From Thermoplasmata archaeon (GTDB lineage: Archaea > Thermoplasmatota > Thermoplasmata > Lutacidiplasmatales > UBA184), in the NCBI GenBank assembly GCA_050011355.1, contig JBEKJG010000004.1:2508-66507 (forward strand): 64,000 nucleotides of DNA, read 5' to 3'. This document shows positions 36,949 through 46,703 of this stretch, one piece after another. A program made the translations under genes and the position numbers. Within the stretch, counting starts at the first letter, position 1. The number at the start of each line of letters is the position of its first letter. The notes below the pieces were generated by a model. That model did no database searches and was not told the DNA's origin. It was given only the letters and a program-made list of their open reading frames with translations.

Positions 36949-37881
36949 ATGGCGAGCGCGATCGAGGTCCGGGGCCTCGTCAAACGCTACGCGTCGATCT
37001 CCGCGGTCGACCACATCGAGTTCACGGTCGAGGCGGGGGCGGTCTACGCGTTCCTCGGCCCCAACGGCGCGGGGAAGACCACGACCACCGAGATCCTCGA
37101 GGGCCTGCGCCGTCGGACGGAGGGGGACGTCCGGGTCCTCGGCCTCGACCCCTGGACCGAGGGGATCCGGCTCCACCGGCGCATCGGGGTCATTCCCCAG
37201 GACTTCCGATTCTTCGAGAAGATCACGCCGACCGAGGCGATCGAGTACTACGGGAGCCTCTTCGGGACGCGACCGAACCCGACGGAGCTGCTCGGGAAGG
37301 TCGACCTGTTGGACAAAGCGCACAGCCGCTTCGACACGCTTTCGGGCGGCCAGAAGCAGAAGCTGGGCCTCGCCCTCGCGCTCTCCGACAACCCCGAGGT
37401 CTGTTTCCTGGACGAGCCGACGACCGGACTCGACCCCCAGGCCCGTCGGTCGATCTGGGAGGTGATCCGGGGCCTGAAGCGCGACGGCCGCACGGTGTTC
37501 CTCACGACCCACTACCTCGAGGAGGCGGAGATCCTCGCCGACCAGGTCGGGATCATCCACCACGGCAAGATCATCGCTTCCGGGACCCCGGGGGAGATCA
37601 TCCGGGCCCACGGACGGGCCGAACGGCTGGTCTTTGAGGCCGGTCCGGCGCTGGCCGACTATCTGCAGCGGACGCTCGGGTGCCCGGCCGAGGTGCGGGA
37701 GGGCCGGGTGGAGGTCCCGCTCCGGTCCAACCGGGAGGCCGCCCAGATCCTGACGGCGGTCGACGCGAGCGGGATCCCGACGAACGGGTTCTTCACCGAG
37801 CGGGACACCCTCGAGGACGTCTTCGTGCGTCTGGTGGGGCCGATGGACGAGGGCGCGTTGAAAGCGGAGGCGACCGCATGA
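36949..37881 (+). CDS. ABC transporter ATP-binding protein (ABC-2 exporter type)
   Basis: GPNGAGKTT, LSGGQKQKL, FLDEPTTGLD. Confidence 0.85.
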   Translation: MASAIEVRGLVKRYASISAVDHIEFTVEAGAVYAFLGPNGAGKTTTTEILEGLRRRTEGDVRVLGLDPWTEGIRLHRRIGVIPQDFRFFEKITPTEAIEYYGSLFGTRPNPTELLGKVDLLDKAHSRFDTLSGGQKQKLGLALALSDNPEVCFLDEPTTGLDPQARRSIWEVIRGLKRDGRTVFLTTHYLEEAEILADQVGIIHHGKIIASGTPGEIIRAHGRAERLVFEAGPALADYLQRTLGCPAEVREGRVEVPLRSNREAAQILTAVDASGIPTNGFFTERDTLEDVFVRLVGPMDEGALKAEATA

Positions 37882-38996
37882 AGCCCGCCCGCATCTACGC
37901 CGACCTGAAGGTCGTCGTCCGGTCCTACCTCCGGAACCCGGTCGCCCTGTTCTTCTCCCTCATCTTCCCGATCATCCTCATCTCGCTGTTCGGGGCCATC
38001 TTCTCGGGCGGCAGCGGCGGCGCCGTCCCGATGGCGGTCGAAAACTTCGACCACAATTCCCCCGCGAGCGTCGAGTTCCTCTCCGCGCTCAACAACACGA
38101 GCCTCGTCCAGGTCCAGATGGTGAACTACCCCGTTTCCGACTTCTCGGCCCAGCTGGGCGACAACGGATACTCGGTCGGCCTCATCATCCCCGCCGGGTT
38201 CCAGGGAGGCCTGGTCAACCGTACGCCCGTCAACCTGACCCTCTTCACGAACCCGGAAAGTGCCGCGGCCGCCGGGCAGGCGGAGGGCGCGGTGACCGGG
38301 GTGGCGAACTACTTCAACCTCCGGGCGGTCTGCGGCGGGGGCAGCTGCGCGCCGGTCGTCCAGGTCCCGGCCCCGAAGAACATCGGCAGCCAGGTCTACA
38401 CGTACATCGACTACCTGATCCCGGGCCTGATCGGGTTCTCGATCCTGACGAGCCCGATGTTCTCGATGGTCGACATCGCCTCGTCGTACCGGAAGGAGGG
38501 GATCTTCCGGGCGCTCTCGCTTACGCCCCTCACGAAGGCCGAGTGGCTCCTCTCGCGGATCATCTGGTACGTCCTCTTGACGTTCGTGACCGCCAGCATC
38601 ATGATCGGGGCCGGCGTGGGGCTGTTCGGCGCCCACGTCGAGATCACGGCCGGCCTCTTCGCCTTCCTCGTGATGGGCCCGTTCCTGTTCGTCTCGCTGG
38701 GCATGCTCGCGGGGACCGTCGCGAAGACCCCGGAGAGCGCGGCGCTCATCGGGAACATCATCACTTTCCCGATGATGTTCCTGTCCGGGACGTTCTTCGC
38801 CGTCTCCGAGTTCCCGGCCTGGCTTCAGCCGGTCGCCAAGGTCCTGCCCCTCTACTACGTGATCGACGGGATGGACCAGGTGATGCTGTTCGCCAACACC
38901 GCGCGGGCGCTGTTCGACGTGGCGGTCATCACGGTCCTCGCGGCGATCATCTTCGCCCTGGCCGTCCGCTTCTTCCAGTGGAGGGACGTGGAGTGA
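37878..38996 (+). CDS. ABC-2 family transporter permease
   Basis: ATG 37878 overlaps the ATPase stop (ATGA). Six TM segments with a large first extracytoplasmic loop, typical of ABC-2 permeases. Confidence 0.75.
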   Translation: MKPARIYADLKVVVRSYLRNPVALFFSLIFPIILISLFGAIFSGGSGGAVPMAVENFDHNSPASVEFLSALNNTSLVQVQMVNYPVSDFSAQLGDNGYSVGLIIPAGFQGGLVNRTPVNLTLFTNPESAAAAGQAEGAVTGVANYFNLRAVCGGGSCAPVVQVPAPKNIGSQVYTYIDYLIPGLIGFSILTSPMFSMVDIASSYRKEGIFRALSLTPLTKAEWLLSRIIWYVLLTFVTASIMIGAGVGLFGAHVEITAGLFAFLVMGPFLFVSLGMLAGTVAKTPESAALIGNIITFPMMFLSGTFFAVSEFPAWLQPVAKVLPLYYVIDGMDQVMLFANTARALFDVAVITVLAAIIFALAVRFFQWRDVE

Positions 38997-39526
38997 CCGG
39001 TCCCCCCCACCCCCCGCCGGAGGGCCGGGCGTTCCGCGGGCTGATGGCCCGGTGGGCGACGGGCGTGGCCGTCGTGACGGCCCACGACGGTTCGCTGGAC
39101 GCCGGCCTGACCGTCAACGCCCTCCTCTCCGTCTCCCTCGCGCCCCCGTCCCTCCTGATCAGCCTCACGCAGGACGCCGACACCACGCCGATCGTCCAGC
39201 GGAGCGGCGCGTTCGCGGTCAACTTCCTCGCCTCCGACCAGCGGGCCCTCAGCGAGCGGTTCGCCCAGACGCTTCCCTCGGGCGAGAAGTTCCGAGGCCT
39301 CCCCGTGCACCGGGGGACCACCGGCGCGGCGCTGCTCGACGGGACGCTCGGGGCGGCGGAGTGCCGCGTCGCCCGGTGGATGCCCCAGTACGACCACGTG
39401 CTCATCGTGGGCGAGGTGGTCCGCCAGGAGCTCGGGCGGGACGGGGCTCCGCTCCTGTTCTTCCGGTCCGGTTACGCCGAACCCGACCCCTCCGGTCAGG
39501 TCCGGCTCGTTCCGCCCAGGGGGTAG
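38993..39526 (+). CDS. flavin reductase-like FMN-binding (split-barrel) protein
   Basis: GTG 38993 overlaps the permease stop (GTGA). FRGLMARWATGVAVVT…LTVNALLSVSLAPP is typical of HpaC-type flavin reductases. Confidence 0.75.
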   Translation: MTGPPHPPPEGRAFRGLMARWATGVAVVTAHDGSLDAGLTVNALLSVSLAPPSLLISLTQDADTTPIVQRSGAFAVNFLASDQRALSERFAQTLPSGEKFRGLPVHRGTTGAALLDGTLGAAECRVARWMPQYDHVLIVGEVVRQELGRDGAPLLFFRSGYAEPDPSGQVRLVPPRG

Positions 39527-39637
39527 GGGCCGTCGCCCTCGCCCGCCCGACCCGGGGCGTGTTACGCCGCCCGGACGGAGTATCACTGACGTAAATTCGC
39601 CCAGGGTTCATAAGGGCCGGACCGCCTCCGGATCACC

Positions 39638-42600
39638 ATGGGCGCCCTTCCGCTCCGCAGTCCGAATTCCCGAATCCCGTCCGCCGAACCCTCCCGCTCC
39701 CGTGCGCTCCGTCCGACCCATCGGACGCTCGTGACGGGCGCGGTGATCGGGGTGGTCCTCTTCCTCCTCCTCGCATCCCTCGGCGCGCTGGGTGGTTCGT
39801 TCGCCGCCCCCTCCCATGCCGGCACGGCAGCTTCGTCCCGAGTGGCGTCGGCACCGGGCGGGGTCGTCGGCTCCCCGGCCGCGATCCCCCAGCACCGGCT
39901 CGCCACCGTATCGCTCCAGCCCGGCCCGGCCGGGTCCCTGCCGACCACTCCCTCGTGGCTCGCGTACGATCACGGCGACCAGTCGTTCTACGTGGCCGTG
40001 GCCCCCTCCAGCGTCGACGTGGTGAATGGAGCGTTCAATTGGTCCCCCGTCGTGAACCTCACCGTCCCGGTCGGCAGCGACCCGTTCGGGGTCGCCTACG
40101 ACAATGCGTCGGGGAACGTCTTCGTTACCAATTCCGGCTCCAACAACGTCAGCGTCCTCAACGGCTACCTTTCCTACCCGATCTGGAACACGCCGGTCGG
40201 CTCCGCCCCCACCGGGATCGCCTACGACCCGGTGAACCACTACGTCTACGTCGCCAACAACGGCAGCGCCAACGTCTCGGTGATCGGTACGAACCTCACG
40301 GTCATCGACACGATCGCCGTCGGCACGAACCCGATCGGGGTCGCCGTCGATCCGGTCACCGGCAACGTCTTCGTGGCGAACTACGGGTCGAACAACGTCA
40401 CGGTGATCTCGGGGAGCACCAACTCCGTCATCGCCAACGTCTCCGTCGACACCGGCCCCTACGGGGTCGCCGTCGACAACGCGACCGGCAACGTCTACGT
40501 CACCGACCAGGGCACGAGCAACGTGAGCGTGATCTCGGGGAGCTCGTTCGGGGTCATCGCCAACATCTCGGTGGGATCCTTCGGGGTCGCTTGGCAGATC
40601 GACCTCCAGGGGATCGCCTACGACCCCGGCGACGGATACCTCTGGGTCGGCGGGGGCCACAACCCGCTCGTCGTGATCAATCCGGCCAACGAGTCGATCC
40701 TCACCGTTCTCACGTTCGACCCCTCCGGCGTGGCCTACGACCCCGACACCGGGGACGTCTGCGTCACCAACACCGCCAACACGACGTTCGAGTGCGCCCA
40801 GTTCCTGGGCGGGTCGCCGTCACCGGACCGCGCGTTCACCTTCCAGGAGAGCGGGCTCCCCCTGAACCAGAACCAGGACTGGAGTGTAACGCTCGGCGAC
40901 AACAACGCGTCCGGGTTCAACATGGTTCCCGGGACGATCCAGATCCTCGAATTGCCGAACGCTACTGTGCCGTACCAGTTCAGCGTATCGTCCGTCGGCT
41001 CGTACTTCCCCTCGCCCGCCTCGGGCAACGTCACCCTCGGCCCGAACGGAACGACCGTCAACATCACCTATTCCACGGGGGGGACGCTGTATCCGGTGCT
41101 CTTCGTGGAGAACGGCCTGCCGTACGGGACCGCGTGGACCGTGACCCTGGGAGGGGTCACCAAGACCTCCACCATCGGAAACGGGAGCCTCGAGTTCGAG
41201 GTCCCGAACGGGACCTATGTCTACTTCCTCGGCGGCGGGAGGCCCGGGTACGCTCCTCCCGCGGATTGGGGTTGGGCCGTGGTCAACGGGGACGCTCCTC
41301 GCATCGTGCTCGCGTACTCCGGTCCCGCGTGGTATTTTGTCACGTTCAACGCCCAGGGCCTGCCGAACGGGACCAACTGGTCCGTGGGGGTCAACGGTTC
41401 GTGGCAGTACGCCCAGGCGCCGACCGACACCCTGGAGTTCGGCGAACCGAACGGGAGCTACGGCTTCACGACCAACGGCAACGGAACCTATGCCGCCACG
41501 ACGCCCTTCGGCTCTCTCCAGATTGCCGGGGGGGACCTGATCATCAACCTCAGCTTCGTCCGGGTGACGACCTACTCGGTCGTGGTCACCGAGTCCGGGC
41601 TTCCGGCGAACTCCACCTGGGCCGTGAACGTGAGCGGTCGGTGGGACGGTACGACGTCCACGTCCCTCACCGTCTGGGAGCCGAACGGGACCTACTGGTA
41701 CGTCGTTCTCTCCCCCCCCGGGCCACCGTACTACTCCCCGAACCCGAACAACGGCTCGTTCACGGTGGTGGGGGCGAGCGTCGCGGTCAACATCACATTC
41801 GTCCCGCAGGGGCAGGTGTACCCGGTCACGTTTGACGAAGCCGGACTTCCGTCCGGGACGCCCTGGTCCGTGGGATTCGATGGTGCGACCGGTTCGAGCT
41901 CGAACTCGTCCGTGCAGACGTTCGCCCCGAACGGGACGTACCCCTTCCAGGTGGGGAACGTCAGCGGCTACTCGGCCAGCCCCGGCTCCGGCTGGCTGAA
42001 CATCAGCGGCGCCCCGGTGGCTGTGTCGATCACGTTCTCGTCCACCGGACTCTACCCGGTCTACCTCGTCGAGTCGGGATTGCCGAACGGGTCGGCGTGG
42101 AGCGCGGCGCTCAACGGCACATCGCTCTCGTCCACGACCGACACGATCCTCTTCTCGGAGTCGAACGGGAGCTACAGCCTCTCCGTCCCGTCGGTCGCGA
42201 ACTACACGGTGAACTACACGAATCCCGTGGTCGTCCAGGGCGGGTCCCTCACGGTCGCGGTCGTGTTCTCGAACACGACCTACCCCGTGACGTTCGAGGA
42301 GTCGGGTCTCGCCACGGGCGCCCTCTGGACCGTCACGGCGGTCAACCGGGCGACCGGGGACTCTACCGTGGGCGACTCGACCACGAACGTGGTCACCCTG
42401 CACTTGGCCAACGGACAGTATGACCTGACGGCCTCCGGACCGGTCGGGTACCGGATCTCGCTCCCGGCCTCGGTCACGGTGAACGGGGCGAGCCCGAGCA
42501 CGGTCACGGTCTCGTTCACCGGCCCGTCCACGGGCGGCTCGGGCGCGTCCCCCCTGACCCTCCCGCTCGTGGTCGAGGTCGCGGTCATCACGGCGGTCCT

Positions 42601-42727
42601 CGCCTCACTGGCAGGGGCCTGGGGCTACTCCACCTACCGGTACTCCCAGCGGAGGGCCGAAGGCGAGCAGTGGGTCAAGGAGCTCCGTAGCGAGGGGCAG
42701 AAGTCGGACGATGAGCGGACCCGGTAG
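39638..42727 (+). CDS. type-I membrane surface glycoprotein: N-terminal signal/TM, ~7-bladed YVTN beta-propeller, seven ~90-aa repeats (F-x-E-x-G-L-P-x-G-x-x-W-x-V), C-terminal TM + cytoplasmic tail
   Basis: Repeated PFGVAYDNASGNVFVTNSGSNNVSVL-type YVTN units; then repeats starting ESGLPLNQNQDWSV / ENGLPYGTAWTV / AQGLPNGTNWSV…; many N-glycosylation sequons; C-terminal TM + RRAEGEQW…. Confidence 0.75.
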   Translation: MGALPLRSPNSRIPSAEPSRSRALRPTHRTLVTGAVIGVVLFLLLASLGALGGSFAAPSHAGTAASSRVASAPGGVVGSPAAIPQHRLATVSLQPGPAGSLPTTPSWLAYDHGDQSFYVAVAPSSVDVVNGAFNWSPVVNLTVPVGSDPFGVAYDNASGNVFVTNSGSNNVSVLNGYLSYPIWNTPVGSAPTGIAYDPVNHYVYVANNGSANVSVIGTNLTVIDTIAVGTNPIGVAVDPVTGNVFVANYGSNNVTVISGSTNSVIANVSVDTGPYGVAVDNATGNVYVTDQGTSNVSVISGSSFGVIANISVGSFGVAWQIDLQGIAYDPGDGYLWVGGGHNPLVVINPANESILTVLTFDPSGVAYDPDTGDVCVTNTANTTFECAQFLGGSPSPDRAFTFQESGLPLNQNQDWSVTLGDNNASGFNMVPGTIQILELPNATVPYQFSVSSVGSYFPSPASGNVTLGPNGTTVNITYSTGGTLYPVLFVENGLPYGTAWTVTLGGVTKTSTIGNGSLEFEVPNGTYVYFLGGGRPGYAPPADWGWAVVNGDAPRIVLAYSGPAWYFVTFNAQGLPNGTNWSVGVNGSWQYAQAPTDTLEFGEPNGSYGFTTNGNGTYAATTPFGSLQIAGGDLIINLSFVRVTTYSVVVTESGLPANSTWAVNVSGRWDGTTSTSLTVWEPNGTYWYVVLSPPGPPYYSPNPNNGSFTVVGASVAVNITFVPQGQVYPVTFDEAGLPSGTPWSVGFDGATGSSSNSSVQTFAPNGTYPFQVGNVSGYSASPGSGWLNISGAPVAVSITFSSTGLYPVYLVESGLPNGSAWSAALNGTSLSSTTDTILFSESNGSYSLSVPSVANYTVNYTNPVVVQGGSLTVAVVFSNTTYPVTFEESGLATGALWTVTAVNRATGDSTVGDSTTNVVTLHLANGQYDLTASGPVGYRISLPASVTVNGASPSTVTVSFTGPSTGGSGASPLTLPLVVEVAVITAVLASLAGAWGYSTYRYSQRRAEGEQWVKELRSEGQKSDDERTR

Positions 42728-42834
42728 GCCCGGGTCCGACCCATGCCCGTTCGGTCCTCCCGACCCGCCCCGACCCGGGCCGACCCGGGCGGACGCCTCT
42801 TCCGTCCGCGCGGCCTCCCCCGTCGCAGGTCGTC

Positions 42835-43503
42835 ATGAACGTGGACCTCGTGGGGGCGATTGCGGCCGCGGTGGGCGGACTGGCGGTTGGGTGGGCCGCC
42901 CACTATCTCTGGGCCCGGGGACATGTCCCCCCGCAGCCGCCCTCCCCTCCACCGCCCGCCGCGCCCGCCTCGGTCGTCCGACCTGTCGTACCGTCCACCG
43001 TCCCCTCTCCGATGGCGGTCGCCGCGGTCCGGGTCCCCGCCATCCGCCGCCCGGAGCCGTTCCCCAACTCCCCTCCGTCGGCGGGAGCTTCGCAATCCAA
43101 GACCCCGGCCGCTACCGAGGGACTCGGGCTCGCCCGGCGGGTCATTCTCCACCTCTCGCTCCAAGGGCCGCTCGCGCACGATGAAGTGGCACGGATCGGG
43201 TTCACGCAACAGGGAATGGCCTCCACGCTGGTCGTCCGCCAGGGGAGCCTGGTCCGAGTGCTCCAGCGGCTCGAGGCGGCCGACGTCCTCACCGTCGACC
43301 GGCGGCACGTCTCCGGCGCCGACCGCCGATTGAAGGTCTACCGCCTGACCTCCCTCGGGGAGTCGGTGGCGCGAGACCTGCGCCACCCTCGGTCCGCCAC
43401 CGCGCGGGTACCTCCGCCACCCCGGGCGCCCGAGCCGCCCCCGTCGGCCACTGCCGGCGACTGGGTGGTGGGGCCCACACCCAGTGGGACGCGCCGCCCC
43501 TGA
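42835..43503 (+). CDS. membrane-anchored winged-HTH protein (N-terminal TM, Pro-rich linker, MarR/TrmB-like wHTH)
   Basis: LVGAIAAAVGGLAVGWAAHYLW TM segment; PPQPPSPPPPAAP linker; RVILHLSLQGPLAHDEVARI…LVRVLQRLEAADVLTV…YRLT HTH. Confidence 0.5.
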   Translation: MNVDLVGAIAAAVGGLAVGWAAHYLWARGHVPPQPPSPPPPAAPASVVRPVVPSTVPSPMAVAAVRVPAIRRPEPFPNSPPSAGASQSKTPAATEGLGLARRVILHLSLQGPLAHDEVARIGFTQQGMASTLVVRQGSLVRVLQRLEAADVLTVDRRHVSGADRRLKVYRLTSLGESVARDLRHPRSATARVPPPPRAPEPPPSATAGDWVVGPTPSGTRRP

Positions 43504-43601
43504 CCTCGGGTACGCTCCGGTCCGTCTTGCGGCGGGGTCTCGATAGCCCCAGGGGAGGGCATGAGTTGCGGCTTTAACCCCACGCGAACCTCCTTTCCCC
43601 G

Positions 43602-44534
43602 ATGGGGGGCGGCGAGCGCCGGACGCGCGTGGCGATCATCGGCAGCGGGCCGGCCGGCCTGACGGCCGCCCTGTACGCCGCCCGGGGCCAGCTGAAACCC
43701 CTCGTACTGACGGGCGTCCCCGCCGGTGGCCAGCTCCTGATCACGACCGACGTCGAGAACTACCCCGGTTTCCCCGACGGGGTCCAGGGCCCGGAGCTCG
43801 TGGACCTGATGCGACGCCAGGCGGGGAAATTCGGCGCGGAGTACATCGACGACAACGTTACGCGCGTGGATTTCACCCAGCGCCCGTTCCGGCTCGAGAC
43901 GGGAACGAACGGGACCGTCCTCGCCGACTCGGTCATCATCGCCACCGGTGCGAATGCGCGCTGGCTCGGTTTGGCCTCGGAGGAACGCCTCCGCAACCAC
44001 GGGGTCTCCGCGTGCGCGACATGTGACGGGTTCTTCTTCAAGGGAAAGGACCTGGTCGTGGTCGGCGGCGGCGACACCGCCATGGAAGAGGCCCTCTTCC
44101 TCACGAACTTCGCGACCCACGTCACGATCGTGCACCGCCGGGACACCCTCCGGGCGAGCCAGGTCATGCAGCACCGCGCACGACACCACCCCAAGATCTC
44201 CTTCGAGCTCGAATCGGCCGTGGAGGAGGTCCTGGGCGCGGAGAAGGTAGAGGGGGTTCGAGTGAAGCACCTCCCGTCGGGCCGGACGAAGGTCTTGCCG
44301 GTGGGCGGGCTGTTCGTCGCGATCGGCCACGAGCCCGCGACCGCGGTGTTCCGGGGGGTACTCGAGCTGACCTCCGAAGGGTACCTCAAGGTCCACGACC
44401 ACACCCGCACGAGCGTCACCGGGGTCTTCGCCGCGGGGGACGCGGAAGACCACCGGTACCGCCAGGCCGTGACGGCCGCGGGGGCGGGTTGCATGGCCGC
44501 GATCGACGCCGAGCGGTGGCTGCAGGACCAGTAG
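43602..44534 (+). CDS. trxB: thioredoxin reductase
   Basis: FAD site IIGSGPAG, redox CATCDG, NADPH site VVGGGDTAMEEA. Confidence 0.9.
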   Translation: MGGGERRTRVAIIGSGPAGLTAALYAARGQLKPLVLTGVPAGGQLLITTDVENYPGFPDGVQGPELVDLMRRQAGKFGAEYIDDNVTRVDFTQRPFRLETGTNGTVLADSVIIATGANARWLGLASEERLRNHGVSACATCDGFFFKGKDLVVVGGGDTAMEEALFLTNFATHVTIVHRRDTLRASQVMQHRARHHPKISFELESAVEEVLGAEKVEGVRVKHLPSGRTKVLPVGGLFVAIGHEPATAVFRGVLELTSEGYLKVHDHTRTSVTGVFAAGDAEDHRYRQAVTAAGAGCMAAIDAERWLQDQ

Positions 44535-44640
44535 TCGCCGTCGGGCCGGACCCCGTCCGTTCGTGGGGGATGCGCGGCGCAGTCCGGTCCCGGGATACCC
44601 TTTAATAATTCCCGGAGCGGTCGGAGCCGAGGAAGGCGCC

Positions 44641-44832
44641 TTGCCGAGCAAGAAGAGCCTCCATATCGAGTCGTCCGGCCAGCTGTGCATCTACTGCGGG
44701 GCCTGCGTCGGGATCTGCCCGCTGAACTGCATCTACCTCGACGAGACGCGGATCACGTTCGACGAGAAGGTCTGCACGCGGTGCGAGATCTGCGTGAAGG
44801 CCTGCCCGGTCGGGGCGATCGAGATCGACTGA
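44641..44832 (+). CDS. 2x[4Fe-4S] ferredoxin
   Basis: CIYCGACVGICP and CTRCEICVKACP. TTG 44641 chosen because TATA-like TTTAATAA lies at 44601-44608; ORF-track ATG 44563 is upstream of that box. Confidence 0.65.
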   Translation: MPSKKSLHIESSGQLCIYCGACVGICPLNCIYLDETRITFDEKVCTRCEICVKACPVGAIEID

Positions 44833-44856
44833 GCCCCGGGGGAGGGAATCGAAGGC

Positions 44857-46047
44857 ATGGCACCGGACCTCACGACGGACGTCCTCGTCATCGGGGCGGG
44901 ACCCGCCGGCAGCATGACCGCCAAGTGGGCGGCCAAGCACGGCGCGAAGGTCCTGATGATCGAAAAACGGCAGGAGATCGGCAGCCCCGTCCGCTGCGGC
45001 GAGGGGATGAGCAAGGACTGGCTGCACGACGTAGGGATCAAGCCCGGGCGCTGGGTCAACCTCGAAGTCGAGGGGGCCCGCATCTACTCGCCGAGCGAGA
45101 AGGTCTTCGAGATCAACGAGAAGCACGCCGGCAACGAGGTCGGCTACGTCGTCGAACGGGACGAGTTCGACAAGCAGCTCGCGATCGACGCCGCCAACGA
45201 GGGGGTCGAGGTGCGCCTCAAGACCTCGGCCACCGCGATCCTGAAGGAGAACGGCCAGGTCGTCGGCGCGAAGGTCAAGCAGTTCGGCACGACCTTCGAC
45301 GTGCGCGCGAAGGTGACCATCGGGGCGGACGGGTTCGAGAGCCAGGTCGGCCGGTGGGCCGGGATCTCGACCAACCTCGCGCTCCGCGACATGGACACGT
45401 GCCTCCAGTACCGCATGACGAACGTCGACTGCGACGTCCGCTACTGCGATTTCTACCTCGGCAAGGTCGCTCCCGGCGGATACGTCTGGATCTTCCCGAA
45501 GGCGGAGGGCCTCGCGAACGTCGGGATCGGCGTGCAGGTCAGCCAGATCAAGTCGATGGCCGAGGCCCGCTCCTACCTCGATGCCTGGATCGCGAACCAC
45601 CCCGCCTACGCGAAGGGCAAGAAGATCGACATGGTCGGCGGCGGCGTCTCCATCTCGCCGCCCCTCAAGCAGACGGTCCTCCCCGGGTTCATGCTCGTCG
45701 GCGACGCGGCGCGGATGATCGACCCGCTCACGGGCGGGGGCATCGCGAACGGGTGCATCGCCGGCAAGATCTGCGGGACGGTCGCCGCGGAGGCGGTCCA
45801 CTCGGGCGACGCCTCCCTGAAGGTCCTCGACAAGTACGAGAAGGGCTGGCGCGTGCGGCTCGAGGAGAAGCTCTACCGCAACTGGCTCGCGAAGGAGAAG
45901 CTCACCACCCTCTCGGACGAGACGTTCGACAAGATCGTGGACGCGCTGCTCGGGGTCAAGCTCGAGAAGCTGAACGTCCACAACATCCTGAAGGCGGTCC
46001 ACGAGAAGTACCCGGAAGTCACGAAGGAGTTCGAGGCGTTCCTCTAA
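44857..46047 (+). CDS. geranylgeranyl reductase family (digeranylgeranylglycerophospholipid reductase-like)
   Basis: VLVIGAGPAGSMTAKWAAKHGAKVLMIEKR FAD fold and GSPVRCGEG (characteristic Cys of archaeal GGR). Shine-Dalgarno GGGGGAGGG 11-19 nt upstream. Confidence 0.85.
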   Translation: MAPDLTTDVLVIGAGPAGSMTAKWAAKHGAKVLMIEKRQEIGSPVRCGEGMSKDWLHDVGIKPGRWVNLEVEGARIYSPSEKVFEINEKHAGNEVGYVVERDEFDKQLAIDAANEGVEVRLKTSATAILKENGQVVGAKVKQFGTTFDVRAKVTIGADGFESQVGRWAGISTNLALRDMDTCLQYRMTNVDCDVRYCDFYLGKVAPGGYVWIFPKAEGLANVGIGVQVSQIKSMAEARSYLDAWIANHPAYAKGKKIDMVGGGVSISPPLKQTVLPGFMLVGDAARMIDPLTGGGIANGCIAGKICGTVAAEAVHSGDASLKVLDKYEKGWRVRLEEKLYRNWLAKEKLTTLSDETFDKIVDALLGVKLEKLNVHNILKAVHEKYPEVTKEFEAFL

Positions 46048-46064
46048 CGCCTCCCAACCGTTCG

Positions 46065-46703
46065 ATGCCCGGCGCACCCAACCGTCCCCCTCCGAAGGAC
46101 CCCGAGGTCCCGGTCGCCCCGACCGTCCCGGAGACGCCCGAGCGTCAGGTGCTCCGCCGACTGGCCCCGTGCCGGATCGCGCTCCGGCTCGACCAGTGGA
46201 AGAACGCCCCGAGCCCGGACCTGGTCGCCCCGTACGACCGGGCCGAGACCGCGTATGCCGCGGGCGACTACGCGGGCGCGCTCCAGGCCCTCGACCAACT
46301 CTCCGTCCGTTTCCACGAGCCCCGCTGGCCGACCCTCCCCGAGCCGTTCCGCCGGCTCCGCGTCCCGATCCCGCCGCCGATGCCGCCCCACTGGGACCCG
46401 GAACACGGCATGGCCGTCCCCGAGAAGGAGGCACGCCGGGCCCGTCGGAGCGCGGAGGACCAGCTCGCCCTGGCCCGGGCCACGGTCGCCTGGGCCGGGA
46501 CCCACGGCACCGACCTCTCGGCCCTAGCCCCGGGGGTCGAACGGTCCGCCGCGATCCTCGAATCGGAAGGGGTCGTGGCCGGGTTCTACGACGGGATCGA
46601 CGCGGTCTGGCTGGCCGTTCGTGAGCACGTCGCGAAACCGGCCGCTCCCGCCGCGGCCCGCGCGCCCCCGGCCCCCGCCTCCGAAGAGGTCGGCGAGGCG
46701 TAG
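46065..46703 (+). CDS. hypothetical protein (Pro-rich N-terminus; helical-repeat-like C-terminal part)
   Basis: ATG 46065 lies 18 nt after the GGR stop. No recognisable family. Confidence 0.4.
   Translation: MPGAPNRPPPKDPEVPVAPTVPETPERQVLRRLAPCRIALRLDQWKNAPSPDLVAPYDRAETAYAAGDYAGALQALDQLSVRFHEPRWPTLPEPFRRLRVPIPPPMPPHWDPEHGMAVPEKEARRARRSAEDQLALARATVAWAGTHGTDLSALAPGVERSAAILESEGVVAGFYDGIDAVWLAVREHVAKPAAPAAARAPPAPASEEVGEA

Noticed and set aside
42727-42835. Attenuator/terminator between the YVTN protein and the TM-wHTH gene
   Set aside because: The region is GC-rich with no oligo-T run or clear hairpin. It is treated as a plain intergenic gap.
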